This document shows positions 19,306-28,864 of a stretch of DNA of 64,000 bases, piece by piece. The DNA comes from a virus, in the IMG/VR virus record IMGVR_UViG_3300027759_000073, positions 1 to 64,000 of that record; one strand, 5' to 3'. The translations under genes were made by a program, and so were the position numbers. The notes under the pieces are model-generated. The model searched no databases. It saw only the letters and a program-made list of their open reading frames with translations, and had not been told where the DNA came from. Each line of letters opens with the position of its first letter. The stretch's first letter is position 1.

Positions 19306-19345
19306 GGACGAAATAATACTATATTTTCAGCCCATACCCAGACAC

Positions 19346-19918
19346 TTACGCCTGTGGTGGATTAGCCGCTTCGTAGTCCAGAACAGCCTGTGGCATTGCC
19401 TTACCTTCGGTAAAGCGAATGTGCCAAGGTTCTGCGCCTGGGTTTTCAACTACCTCGTGGCTGAATCCAAACTTCTGCTCATTAGCAAGCAACCAAGCAA
19501 GGATTTTGCCGTTTGCGTTCGCAATATCAATAGCAATTCCAAGCATGTGGCGTGAGCAGGTTTTGGCATCATCGTTTGGTGCAGCAAGAGGAGCATTGCC
19601 CTTCTTCAGATACCACTTCTCACCGTTCCAGGTGCGTGTTGAGGCATCTGGAATTAACTCCTTTTGGTATCTGGTGAGGAAGCCTTTTTTCTGGGTCTCG
19701 ATACTGCGGAATGTGTCGCCGCTGCTAGTCGGAGCCAACTTGATTCCTTCTGCTGCTGCGGCTGCTTTCATTGCTTCAAAAGCGCGCGCTGCACAGTGGT
19801 GCATTTGACCACCAACAGACAACTTGCGAAGCATCGCAGGAGTAATCTGGCTTGGCTTCTTGCCTTCCAAATGTTCGCAGTATTTAACTGGTACTACTGG
19901 CCAACTTTCCTTTGCCAT
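19346..19918 (-). CDS. endolysin, peptidase M15B/VanY-like
   Basis: FRSIETQ, SRHMLGIAID (SxH...D) and EPWH zinc-peptidase motifs. Confidence 0.85.
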   Translation of the reverse strand: MAKESWPVVPVKYCEHLEGKKPSQITPAMLRKLSVGGQMHHCAARAFEAMKAAAAAEGIKLAPTSSGDTFRSIETQKKGFLTRYQKELIPDASTRTWNGEKWYLKKGNAPLAAPNDDAKTCSRHMLGIAIDIANANGKILAWLLANEQKFGFSHEVVENPGAEPWHIRFTEGKAMPQAVLDYEAANPPQA

Positions 19919-20124
19919 TATTTCTTTGCCTCTTGCTTTGCTGCGAAGAATGATGCAACGGTTGGGTCACCAATCTTTGTTGATGCCATTGCGAGAACTG
20001 CTGCTACTAGTGGCATTGCAAGTGCGGTGAGCATTGGGTCAATGCTGTACTTATCACACAAGTAAACAACGACGCCCATTGCGCCACCCTTTGCGATTCC
20101 GTCTGCTGCTGTTGTTGCTTTCAT
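19918..20124 (-). CDS. putative holin
   Basis: 68 aa, two hydrophobic segments, basic C-terminus, TAATG overlap with the endolysin. Confidence 0.55.
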   Translation of the reverse strand: MKATTAADGIAKGGAMGVVVYLCDKYSIDPMLTALAMPLVAAVLAMASTKIGDPTVASFFAAKQEAKK

Positions 20125-20182
20125 GATTGCTCCTTTTAACTCGGTTGCCCAAAGTCTTGTCGAAGCAAGGTGTATATATAGG

Positions 20183-22336
20183 CTATGGCTTTGTTTTAGC
20201 GTAAAGCCTTTTCATTAAGTCACCGACAACGCTTGCTTGTTGGACTTCATCACCTTCAGTAACTGCGTCAACAACTGCTCGTTTTGCATCAATCAAATCG
20301 TAGATATCTTCATCAATTGTATTTACTCCAATTAAGTACCATGCTTGGACACTGTTTTGCTGTCCGATTCGGTGACATCTATCTTCTGCTTGGTCATGCT
20401 CGCCAGGAGTCCATCCTTGTTGGACAAAACAAACATCGGAGCCAGCCGTAAGAGTAAGACCAACTCCACCAGCCTGAAGGTTGAGAACAATAACTCTTGC
20501 TTTTGGGTCTTTCTGAAAAGAGTCAACGGCATGCTGCCTATCTTCCATTGAGTCCTGCCCGCTAACACGAAGGTTTCCGTACTTACAAGCGAGGTAATCA
20601 ACGATGGCGACATTGTGTGCAAACACAACAAGTTTTCTATCGCATGATTCCAAGAATGAATCAATCCATTCAATTACTGATTCCATCTTTGCGTCAGCAG
20701 CAAGACGCTTTAAAACTGTAGTTCTGCGCAAGTGCTCTGCTGTATCTGAAGAGCGGTATCCATTCTCTGCAAGGAATGCAAGAAGGTCGCCTTCTGCTTT
20801 TCTGTACTCCACATATCCTTTTCCAGATGGCTCAACATGGACAACATTTCGTGTCTTTGCTGGAAGTTCTTTTAGCACTTCGTCTTTTGTTCTGCGGATG
20901 TAGCAGTTCTGGCGAAGTTTCATATTCAGTTCGTTGAGGTTTGAAGCGCCTTTAGTATCCCAGCCAAATCCATTGTGGTAGGCATTTGTATATCGCTTCA
21001 GGAATGCCCACTTGCCACCGAAGCGACTAAGCATTCCCAGGATTTCTAATTGACTTACAAGTTCTTCTGGTCTATTCGTAACTGGTGTTCCAGAGAGAAG
21101 CAATACTGTTCCAGATTGCGGAACCTTCTTTGCAATGTCGCGAACTGCTTCTGTGCGTTTTGTCTTGCTCGTCTTCACATAGTGAGACTCGTCAAGGACA
21201 AGACCCATTGGTTTTAGATGCATGATTGGCTCAACAAACCTGCCGATGATGTCGTAGTTCACGATATTCACATCAACATTGGCGATGTTGCCTTTACCGC
21301 TCAGAATATTGACCGTGCGGTGAGGAAGCCATTTGTTTATTTCACGCTTCCAGTTTTCTTTGAGCGAGGCTGGGCAGACAATGATTGCTGGGAACGCATC
21401 TCTGTATTCAAGTGCGGCAATCGCTTCTACGGTCTTACCGAGACCCATTTGGTCAGCAATCAAACAGCGCCCAACCGAACTAGCATAAGCAACTCCAGCC
21501 TTTTGGTACGGCATTAGCGTCCCATTGAGAGTTGGGATATTTATATCTGCATCGGTAGATGTTGACTGAACCAGTAGTTCTGTTGACTTCTTTGTGAGTT
21601 CAATAATCTTTTCGCGAACCGAATCCTCAACATCAAATTTATACTTATCAGCAAATTCAAGAACACCGATAGTTATCGGGGCAGTCCAATGCTTTTTCTT
21701 CATATCCCAAGTTCGCTGTGGGAGTTTTTTGACTTCTGTAATAATCTCTGAATCAAACGGAAATTTAATTACAGCCATGCCGCGCTTGCTGATAGTCAGA
21801 GACTTTTCTGTGTCTTGAATTACTTCTGGCAATTGAGTTTGTGCTTCCTGCGAGACATTGAATTGGTACTTAGATGCAAATTCTGCTACTTCCAGTTTAG
21901 CCGATTCTGGAGCAATCCAAACCGATGCAGCAGAATTCCAAACCACTCCAGTAATTTGTTTTAATTCCGAGGTCACTTGCTCGTCGTATTGACAGTGAAT
22001 TATAAAATTATTATTTACTTTTGTAATTCTTCTGTCTACTTTTGAGCCATAGACGGAATCCAGGTCTTGATGAATATCTGTATATGCGCGCTTTGGTGGT
22101 TTTATTTCATCATAGACATAGCCAAGTTTTCTTAATTGCTTTGAATACTTGGCAAGCATTATCCATGCCGAATAAGCCATTGTTGGCGTCCAGTAAGATT
22201 CTGGAATTAGTGCTAATTGGGTGCCAATGCGGGAATCTGATTTATTAAATCCGACGCTGTCTTCAGTTACTGCGCCATCACACGAAAGGGCAATTGACCT
22301 TAGTGCTTCCGCCAGTTGCGAATATTCGCTTTCCAC
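20183..22336 (-). CDS. SNF2-family helicase, SMARCAL1/HARP-like
   Basis: LMPYQ, ADQMGLGKT, LDESH, LSGTP, QAEDRCHRIGQ motifs; two tandem HARP-like units N-terminal to the ATPase. Confidence 0.9.
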   Translation of the reverse strand: MESEYSQLAEALRSIALSCDGAVTEDSVGFNKSDSRIGTQLALIPESYWTPTMAYSAWIMLAKYSKQLRKLGYVYDEIKPPKRAYTDIHQDLDSVYGSKVDRRITKVNNNFIIHCQYDEQVTSELKQITGVVWNSAASVWIAPESAKLEVAEFASKYQFNVSQEAQTQLPEVIQDTEKSLTISKRGMAVIKFPFDSEIITEVKKLPQRTWDMKKKHWTAPITIGVLEFADKYKFDVEDSVREKIIELTKKSTELLVQSTSTDADINIPTLNGTLMPYQKAGVAYASSVGRCLIADQMGLGKTVEAIAALEYRDAFPAIIVCPASLKENWKREINKWLPHRTVNILSGKGNIANVDVNIVNYDIIGRFVEPIMHLKPMGLVLDESHYVKTSKTKRTEAVRDIAKKVPQSGTVLLLSGTPVTNRPEELVSQLEILGMLSRFGGKWAFLKRYTNAYHNGFGWDTKGASNLNELNMKLRQNCYIRRTKDEVLKELPAKTRNVVHVEPSGKGYVEYRKAEGDLLAFLAENGYRSSDTAEHLRRTTVLKRLAADAKMESVIEWIDSFLESCDRKLVVFAHNVAIVDYLACKYGNLRVSGQDSMEDRQHAVDSFQKDPKARVIVLNLQAGGVGLTLTAGSDVCFVQQGWTPGEHDQAEDRCHRIGQQNSVQAWYLIGVNTIDEDIYDLIDAKRAVVDAVTEGDEVQQASVVGDLMKRLYAKTKP

Positions 22337-22338
22337 GC

Positions 22339-22806
22339 CTACTCAAGAACTGAAATAGATGACCAAAGAATAAGGTCATAAACTTCTGGAATTGCTTCAG
22401 TCTCTTCAGATTCTTTTTTGTGCTGGATAATTGCGTATGTCAATCGCGCAATTTCATCAAGGTAAGAAATCGTTTTATCTTCAGCAAGAAGAGTTTTTAC
22501 CTGAGAAAGGCGCTCGCTGATTCCGTTACGGTAGCGCTGGGACTTGCGATACCAAGTATCAAACTTTTCTTTTTCATCAAGGTAATCCTTGTGAGAAACC
22601 ACGCCAAGTTTTACATCTTGAGCCATCATGTTGACTCGCTCACGGTGATACATCGCGGATGACTCGTAGTCAGACAATGCAGTTAGTAGTGACTGGCACC
22701 ATGCCAAGCGATTTTCTGGCGCTTGCAACCACTCAATCTCTTCGGTTGAGGCATCGCCCTTGCATTCGCGCTTGGCAATGTCCATGATATTTTTTCTGTC
22801 GACCAT
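22339..22806 (-). CDS. hypothetical helical protein
   Basis: 155-aa ORF with TATACT and AGGAG upstream; adjacent to the helicase. Confidence 0.65.
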   Translation of the reverse strand: MVDRKNIMDIAKRECKGDASTEEIEWLQAPENRLAWCQSLLTALSDYESSAMYHRERVNMMAQDVKLGVVSHKDYLDEKEKFDTWYRKSQRYRNGISERLSQVKTLLAEDKTISYLDEIARLTYAIIQHKKESEETEAIPEVYDLILWSSISVLE

Positions 22807-22860
22807 TATTTTTACTCCTATAGGTTTAAATCTTGACTTGCAGTATACCGCCGTGATATA

Positions 22861-23127
22861 TCACGCGGGGGCATTGGCTTTAAATTCTCCAACAGCGTGG
22901 TCGCGAATGTGCTCATCAATTTTTGCTTCTGTCCGCAGAGCGGTATTCTCAACTCTATCAATTGAAATGCCAAGACTCTTGGCTACCGTTTCAATTTTGT
23001 CAACGACAAAGTTGTGGTCTGCTTTATTTTCTTCCCAGTTTTGTTTCGAAGCACGGCGACCGTGTTCAAAATATGCAACAGTGACTAGACCGAATGTGCT
23101 AATCAGTGCTACATACACTTCGGTCAT
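22861..23127 (-). CDS. membrane protein with coiled coil (holin-like)
   Basis: N-terminal TM segment, then a coiled coil ending KIDEHIRDH. Confidence 0.6.
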   Translation of the reverse strand: MTEVYVALISTFGLVTVAYFEHGRRASKQNWEENKADHNFVVDKIETVAKSLGISIDRVENTALRTEAKIDEHIRDHAVGEFKANAPA

Positions 23128-23300
23128 TACTCGTCATCTCCAGCACTAGTAGCAAATCCAATTACATGAACAACTAGGGCCGCGATTGACATATAGATTC
23201 CCCATTTTTGGGTATCTCCGCTGAGGGTAATCAAAACAAGACCAGTTCCAGCCAGGGTCCAGCCGAGTGACGATAGTTCTCCAATGATTTTTTTCAACAT
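23127..23300 (-). CDS. small two-TM membrane protein (57 aa)
   Basis: Below cutoff: MLKKIIGELSSLGWTLAGTGLVLITLSGDTQKWGIYMSIAALVVHVIGFATSAGDDE; AAGGA upstream; TAATG overlap. Confidence 0.7.
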   Translation of the reverse strand: MLKKIIGELSSLGWTLAGTGLVLITLSGDTQKWGIYMSIAALVVHVIGFATSAGDDE

Positions 23301-23367
23301 ATCTTGTCCTTGCCAACTAAGTACAGTTATTTTATTTAATCATTACTCGTGGTATAGGTAGAGTCGA

Positions 23368-25494
23368 CTACTTAACGCGCGCACGCGCACGCGCACGGCG
23401 TTGTCTTTTAGCAGCATTTTTTCTATCTGGGTCAGGTACATCACCGCCACCGCCAGAGTTGCCTCCAGAAGGGGCTCCAGAGCCTCCAGAAGGGCCCGTA
23501 GAGCCTCCAGAAGGCGCAGATGCACCAGCAGCCCCAACTGCTGCTACAGCGGCTCCTGCAGCAACAAGCGTCCTTCTATCCCCAACATTGATTGAGGAGC
23601 CCAGGGCAACATATGTGTCAAACACTCCATCAAAGACATTGATTTCCTCTTCAAACGATTCCTTTACTTCCGCAGGGGCATCAACAAGAGCCTCCGCAAT
23701 CGCTGCACCGTCTTCTGGTGAAACATTGTCAACAACAATTGCATCAAAAACTTCTGTCGCCTGTGACGCATCAATGCTTTCCAGGACCTTTGCGCTAGTT
23801 GCCAACTCGGTTGCTTGCTCGCCATCAATGCCGCCATCTTGTCCGATAATCAAATCAACAACTGCTGAAACCTGGTCGTTGCTGATACTTGCGTTTTCGA
23901 GGACATTAACAACTTCCGCAAATTTTTCCTCGTCTAGTTCTGTGCTTAAAACAGCATCGAATGTTCCGAGCAAAACCTCATCTGAAACTTTTTCGTCAAA
24001 GATTGCATTGATAAGTGTGCTGAATTCTTCGGCGCTAAGAGGAGCCTCAAGGATTGATTCTGCCAACGCGACAGTATCTTCAGCAGAAATGTCTCCGTCA
24101 AAGACGGCATCAAACACCGCAGCAAGTTCCTCGGTAGATAAATCAGCAGAAAGCAGGTTGTCAACAACGGCGACCATCTGCTCCTGTGATGCAGACTCGC
24201 TAAACACTGCATCCATAACTTCCTGAAGTTGCTCTAATGGAATATCCGCACCAACAACATCAAGAAGAATCGCGGATGCTTCTTCCGCAGATGTATTATT
24301 ATCTAAAGTTACATTGTCAATAATTGCGTCAAGAACTTCTGTATCCAAAGGCTGAGAATCATCCAACTGGTCAAAGTCGGGGATGGTCACGGTAGTCTCT
24401 TCTGATGGTTCAGTTACTGTTATTTCCGTTTCTGGCTCTGAAGGTAGTATTTCATTCAGCATCTCTGGCAATGTCTCTACTGTTGCTATTTCTTCAGGCA
24501 GCGTCTCCTCTGTGGCTGGCGTGGTGTCTTCTGGGATTATGGGCTCTGGCTCAGGCTCTACGGGGACGACTACAACCACTGGCTGTGTGGTCGTTGTCGG
24601 CAATTCCGTCGTTGATGTTGTTGAACTACTTGTAGTTGTAGTAGTCGATGTTGACTGTGGAACAGTCGTAGTAGTCGTAGTAGTCGTAGTTGTTGTGGAT
24701 GTTGTTGAAGTTGTAGTTGTGACTGGGGTTGCAGAAGCAGTGTAAGTTTCAATCATTGACGAATACACATGTAGAGAGTCATTGTCAGCGCGAACCCTAA
24801 ACTGATAGGCAACACCATTGGTCAAGTTCCCTATAGTTGCGGATGTGTTATTGGATGCGATTGCAAAAGATGACTGCCAGTTGTTTGAACTGAAGAACAC
24901 TGCGTAGCGTTCAACTTCGGCGTAACCAGAACCACCTTCTGGGGCATCCCAGGTAAGAAATACGCTCTCATTTCCTGCGACCGCCTGAAGGTTTGTTGGG
25001 GTTCGCATGCTCAACGGTGCAAGTGTCGTAGTTGTTGTTGACGCAATAGTCGTAGTTGTGCTTGTTGATGTAGTAGTACTTGAGGTCGTAGTAGTTGATG
25101 TCGTCGTAGTTGAAGGTGCATTTGATGGTGCAATATTTACATCCACTACATATGAAGTTCCGTACCAGCGATTTGGGTCTCCACAGCAAACGCCAGTGCG
25201 CAGGCGGTAAGTCCCAGCGCCTAGGTCTCTTGTAATGTATGAATCAAGACCATATTGGGAGTCATCATTTGCAGCAAGTAATTGATTATTTGAGTCATAC
25301 AACCACAGCATTGAGTCAATTTGGTATTGCCAAGCGTATGTACGAACAGTAAACACTTGCGCTTCTTCCAGTGTAAAGTAATAATCGTTAGCGCCAGTCG
25401 TAGTAAAACTATCTGCTTTTGCTGATGAAATTGGGCCGAACAATGCCAAAAGAAGCGCAGGGATAACTATCCAGAAGCCTTTACGCAGTCTCAT
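23368..25494 (-). CDS. exported, membrane-anchored mucin-like protein (PPC-like domain, Thr tracts, FN3, acidic helical repeats)
   Basis: Signal peptide ending AKA-D; DSMLWLYD...LAANDD...DSYI...GTYRL; poly-Thr linkers; FN3 (LTWDAP...YQFRVRA); C-terminal hydrophobic stretch and Arg-rich tail. Confidence 0.75.
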   Translation of the reverse strand: MRLRKGFWIVIPALLLALFGPISSAKADSFTTTGANDYYFTLEEAQVFTVRTYAWQYQIDSMLWLYDSNNQLLAANDDSQYGLDSYITRDLGAGTYRLRTGVCCGDPNRWYGTSYVVDVNIAPSNAPSTTTTSTTTTSSTTTSTSTTTTIASTTTTTLAPLSMRTPTNLQAVAGNESVFLTWDAPEGGSGYAEVERYAVFFSSNNWQSSFAIASNNTSATIGNLTNGVAYQFRVRADNDSLHVYSSMIETYTASATPVTTTTSTTSTTTTTTTTTTTVPQSTSTTTTTSSSTTSTTELPTTTTQPVVVVVPVEPEPEPIIPEDTTPATEETLPEEIATVETLPEMLNEILPSEPETEITVTEPSEETTVTIPDFDQLDDSQPLDTEVLDAIIDNVTLDNNTSAEEASAILLDVVGADIPLEQLQEVMDAVFSESASQEQMVAVVDNLLSADLSTEELAAVFDAVFDGDISAEDTVALAESILEAPLSAEEFSTLINAIFDEKVSDEVLLGTFDAVLSTELDEEKFAEVVNVLENASISNDQVSAVVDLIIGQDGGIDGEQATELATSAKVLESIDASQATEVFDAIVVDNVSPEDGAAIAEALVDAPAEVKESFEEEINVFDGVFDTYVALGSSINVGDRRTLVAAGAAVAAVGAAGASAPSGGSTGPSGGSGAPSGGNSGGGGDVPDPDRKNAAKRQRRARARARVK

Positions 25495-25542
25495 ACCCGC
25501 TATACAATAAAACTATTTTATAAGATAGTTCTTATAGCCTGT

Positions 25543-26790
25543 CTAAATCTGCCTATCGGCGATGTTCCTGTTTTCTACTGGGACCAAAACCCCATGATGG
25601 CGTGCCTGGATATCCTTGCGTACCCATGTCATTCCGTATGTTGAATCTAGGTTTTGAGTACCTTCTCTGCGCTTTAGTCGTTCTGCCATTGACTGGAAGG
25701 TTGGGTCATCGCTTAGATTTAGGTATGAGTTATGCGACCACGGAAGGTCATAGAAGGCTGGTGCATTTACCAGAAGCGCTCCAGCAGTAGTCCAATGCTC
25801 TTCAATTCTTGGGTCTTCGCAGACAACTGGACCAGACAGGGCATACGATGGAACATCCGCCCCAACAAGTGGTCTATCGACTTCAAGCATCTTTTCAATA
25901 ATATTTGCGTCCATTGATATGTCTGAATCGACATAGAGAATCGCTTGATAGTTAACAACTCCGTGATTCAATTCCGTGCAGTCTTCGCCCCAATGATGCC
26001 CGCTCGTGACACGGACTCGTTGGGCAAATTCACGGATTAGGTTGCGCCCAGTTTCAATGCGAATCCACCTGTTTCCAGAAGTAACTTGGGCGTGCATATC
26101 GTTAATTGAGTATGTCCAGTAATCTCCGTTGACTTCCTTGAGTGCATCAATCACTTCCTTGAATGGCTCAAGGCCACGGTTGTCAAGTTCAAATGCAGAG
26201 AACCATTTAACATTTGGAAACTTGCGCATGATTTCTGCTCTATCAGCCATCCAGTTCAGATGCTCTCTTGCATCGCATTTCCATCCGACAAGCGGAGTAG
26301 CGATAACAAAATGCATCTGGTAATCAACTTCTCTTAGAAATGGCATCTTTATCTTCTTTATGTAGTCGGAGCAAACACCTGCGTAGTGAGCGAGGTTAAG
26401 AGTTTTCACATCAGAATGAGACTCTGGCATAACCATGACACATTTATTTGATGCAAGTGGTTTCCCAGGAAAAGCCCAGACAAAACTGTTGCTAGTTATT
26501 GTGTAGTCGTCCGTATTGTGGAAGAAACAATGCAGTCCCGAGTCTTTGCAGATTCCAAGTGCCACATCGTTTTTGCAATGAATCCAGAGTTTCTGTGAGC
26601 GTTCTTGTAGCCAGCCAATCTCGATTTTGTGCTGTGGTCCATCATGCCCAAGAAATAGACCGTCTTGGTTTGCCCAAACATCTACCTCAACATCAAATCC
26701 CTGACTTATTGCAGCATCAATGTATTCAGGTGTGTTTTCAAGTTCTGGTTTAGGACCTTGAAGGTTCCCACGGTGGGATATGTAAATCAT
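25543..26790 (-). CDS. GDPD/PLC-like phosphodiesterase domain fused to a GT-A-like domain
   Basis: ISHRGN...ENTP...GFDVEVDVW...WIHCKN in the first ~150 aa; GRNLIREFA...ILYVDSD...SDD in the C-half. Confidence 0.65.
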   Translation of the reverse strand: MIYISHRGNLQGPKPELENTPEYIDAAISQGFDVEVDVWANQDGLFLGHDGPQHKIEIGWLQERSQKLWIHCKNDVALGICKDSGLHCFFHNTDDYTITSNSFVWAFPGKPLASNKCVMVMPESHSDVKTLNLAHYAGVCSDYIKKIKMPFLREVDYQMHFVIATPLVGWKCDAREHLNWMADRAEIMRKFPNVKWFSAFELDNRGLEPFKEVIDALKEVNGDYWTYSINDMHAQVTSGNRWIRIETGRNLIREFAQRVRVTSGHHWGEDCTELNHGVVNYQAILYVDSDISMDANIIEKMLEVDRPLVGADVPSYALSGPVVCEDPRIEEHWTTAGALLVNAPAFYDLPWSHNSYLNLSDDPTFQSMAERLKRREGTQNLDSTYGMTWVRKDIQARHHGVLVPVENRNIADRQI

Positions 26791-27494
26791 TTTTCAACCT
26801 GAACCCAAATCCAGTTTTTGTGGTTATCGCCAGGACCAGTTTCCCTAATATCAAATTTAAAGTTTTTGAAACCTATTTTTCCAACTAGGTCGTCAAATAC
26901 TGTTTGCTCATCTTGGATACTTACATCTGAGTGACCGTTCGTGCTGCCAGCATCATAATTATTGTCGTAGTAGCCAGCAGTAGGTATCTCGCCCTTCCCG
27001 CCATAACCCATTTGGAAACATAACTTCCCGCCTGGCTTGAGAACCCTGTAGATATCCTTCAAGATATCAAACCTAATTTTATGCACGCAAATATGCTGGA
27101 AGCAGATTACGGCAAAAACCACATCGTAAACATCGTCGGCAATAGCAGAGAGATTGTCTCCGCTAGTTACATATAGGTTTGGCTCGGCAATGTTATTTGC
27201 CTTGACATTGAGACGCGCCCTTTCAATATTCACATGAGAAATATCTATCCCGTCAACCCGAGCAAAACGATTTGAGAACTTGACCAGGTTTCTTCCAGGT
27301 CCACATCCGTACTCAAGTGCTACAAGGCCATTTGTGTCAAAGTCCTTGAACAAGAAATTGTCATAGTCTGACCAGTTGTTGTGAGCATCGTATGAGCCAA
27401 CTACTGGGTCCCTGAAATCAAGTGACCACTTTGCTGCATATTCGTCGTAATACGAATTCTGCATTCCCAAGTAATCGTCTTTGTCCTTGCTCAT
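26787..27494 (-). CDS. class I SAM-dependent methyltransferase
   Basis: LEYGCGPGRN, GIDIS, YDVVFAVICFQH, RVLKPGG. Confidence 0.85.
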   Translation of the reverse strand: MSKDKDDYLGMQNSYYDEYAAKWSLDFRDPVVGSYDAHNNWSDYDNFLFKDFDTNGLVALEYGCGPGRNLVKFSNRFARVDGIDISHVNIERARLNVKANNIAEPNLYVTSGDNLSAIADDVYDVVFAVICFQHICVHKIRFDILKDIYRVLKPGGKLCFQMGYGGKGEIPTAGYYDNNYDAGSTNGHSDVSIQDEQTVFDDLVGKIGFKNFKFDIRETGPGDNHKNWIWVQVEK

Positions 27495-28864
27495 TTGTTG
27501 TTCTCCAAGTAGTAGTTCAGGTCTTCAGGTGTTCCGATTCCCCACATCTTGGGAACTTCCTTAATCCTAATCTTTTTATCATCCTGAATCGCTTCATTGA
27601 ATACAGGGCAAACATAGAACTCATTATTTGTTCTAATGTCTTTTTCAATCATCTGGTTTGCATATTTGACATAGTCAGAACCGTGCTTCCAGTAATAGAT
27701 TCCAACGGTGGCATTATCTGAGATTGGGTTCTTCTCTGCCACTTCTGACACGAAGCCATCATCTCCAAGTTTTGCATAGGACCATTTTGGATGGGTTGCC
27801 TTGAATGTCAGGATTCCGCCGTCAATCTCGTCAGCACCAAACGCATAGAGGCATTCATTGCTATCCCATTCAACGACTTGGTCGGAGTTTGCCATTAGCA
27901 ATGGCGCGTCAGTATCGATGAGGTGCGAAGCCAGCAGGGTTGTGCAGGCGGCCCCTTCTGTCATTCCATCAACCAAGACAATGTCGCATCCTGGCTTTAT
28001 GAGGTTGAGAACCTGCTTTAGGTTGTATTTCTCGTAGTGGTCTTTTTGAACCAAGAAAATAAAGTGCGCGTCAACATTGAGGTTGTCAACAACTACCTGA
28101 ATCATTGGCTTGCCATTTACCTCGATAAGCGGCTTTGGGAATGTGTAACCAGCCTGAGCAAAGCGTGAGCCAGCGCCTGCCATTGGTATCAAAACATTCA
28201 TCTTTTCGTTCCTCCAAGCGACTGGCTTTTTGCCACGGGTTTCAATTTCATCAACGAACTTCATCAAACTATTTTTATTAAGGTCGTCGGCATTCTTGAT
28301 TGCAAAAAGATTGGCGCCAGAACTAAGTGCGCCTTCCCTTCCAATATGTGAATCCTCAACAATAATGGTGTTTGCTGGACTTGAATCTAAAGAGACTATG
28401 CACTGCCAGTACATCTCTGGGTGCGGCTTGTGGTGCTTTACATCCTCGTTGCTCATGATGTAACTGACATATTTGAGCACACCAATTGCATCAAGCGCCG
28501 TGATTACAGTATCCCTAATCGCGTTACTTGCCACAGCAATCTTCCATCCGCGCTCCTTAAGGGTCTGCATGATGTCAATAGCGACATAGTTCTTTGGAAA
28601 CTCGGACAAGATTTTTAGCGTTGCTTCTTGCTTGTCTTCCCAAACTTGCTGGTGATTCGATTCTGGAAGTCCCTTGTTTTGACTCAACATCTTTAACTTT
28701 GTAGTTGTGCCAAGTCCGTCGTACATTGACAGATGCTCATCGCGGGAAATCACATACTTTGGGTCAATCCTGCTGAGGGCGATATTTAGGGAGTCATAAT
28801 GCACATCCCTAGATTCAATTAGAACACCATCAAGGTCAAAGATTACAAGGAAGTTACTTTTCAT
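27491..28864 (-). CDS. HAD phosphatase fused to a BcbE-like sugar nucleotidyltransferase
   Basis: FDLDGVL, SN, KPHP, VEDS..G HAD motifs; then LIPMAGAGSRF...PKPLIEV...TEGAACT...NNEFYV...GTPEDL; start re-called at MKSNF. Confidence 0.85.
   Translation of the reverse strand: MKSNFLVIFDLDGVLIESRDVHYDSLNIALSRIDPKYVISRDEHLSMYDGLGTTTKLKMLSQNKGLPESNHQQVWEDKQEATLKILSEFPKNYVAIDIMQTLKERGWKIAVASNAIRDTVITALDAIGVLKYVSYIMSNEDVKHHKPHPEMYWQCIVSLDSSPANTIIVEDSHIGREGALSSGANLFAIKNADDLNKNSLMKFVDEIETRGKKPVAWRNEKMNVLIPMAGAGSRFAQAGYTFPKPLIEVNGKPMIQVVVDNLNVDAHFIFLVQKDHYEKYNLKQVLNLIKPGCDIVLVDGMTEGAACTTLLASHLIDTDAPLLMANSDQVVEWDSNECLYAFGADEIDGGILTFKATHPKWSYAKLGDDGFVSEVAEKNPISDNATVGIYYWKHGSDYVKYANQMIEKDIRTNNEFYVCPVFNEAIQDDKKIRIKEVPKMWGIGTPEDLNYYLENNK

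Noticed and set aside
19346-19918. VanY-type vancomycin resistance gene
   Set aside because: M15 peptidase next to a holin-like gene in a phage; endolysin is the simpler reading.
23459-24226. 255-aa plus-strand ORF and the many other plus-strand ORFs in the track
   Set aside because: Antisense shadows of minus-strand genes with biased codon usage; no RBS or recognisable motifs.
24560-25115. GTA/GTT/GTC trinucleotide runs as a contingency microsatellite
   Set aside because: Mixed Thr/Ser codons rather than a pure repeat; explained by the poly-Thr linkers.
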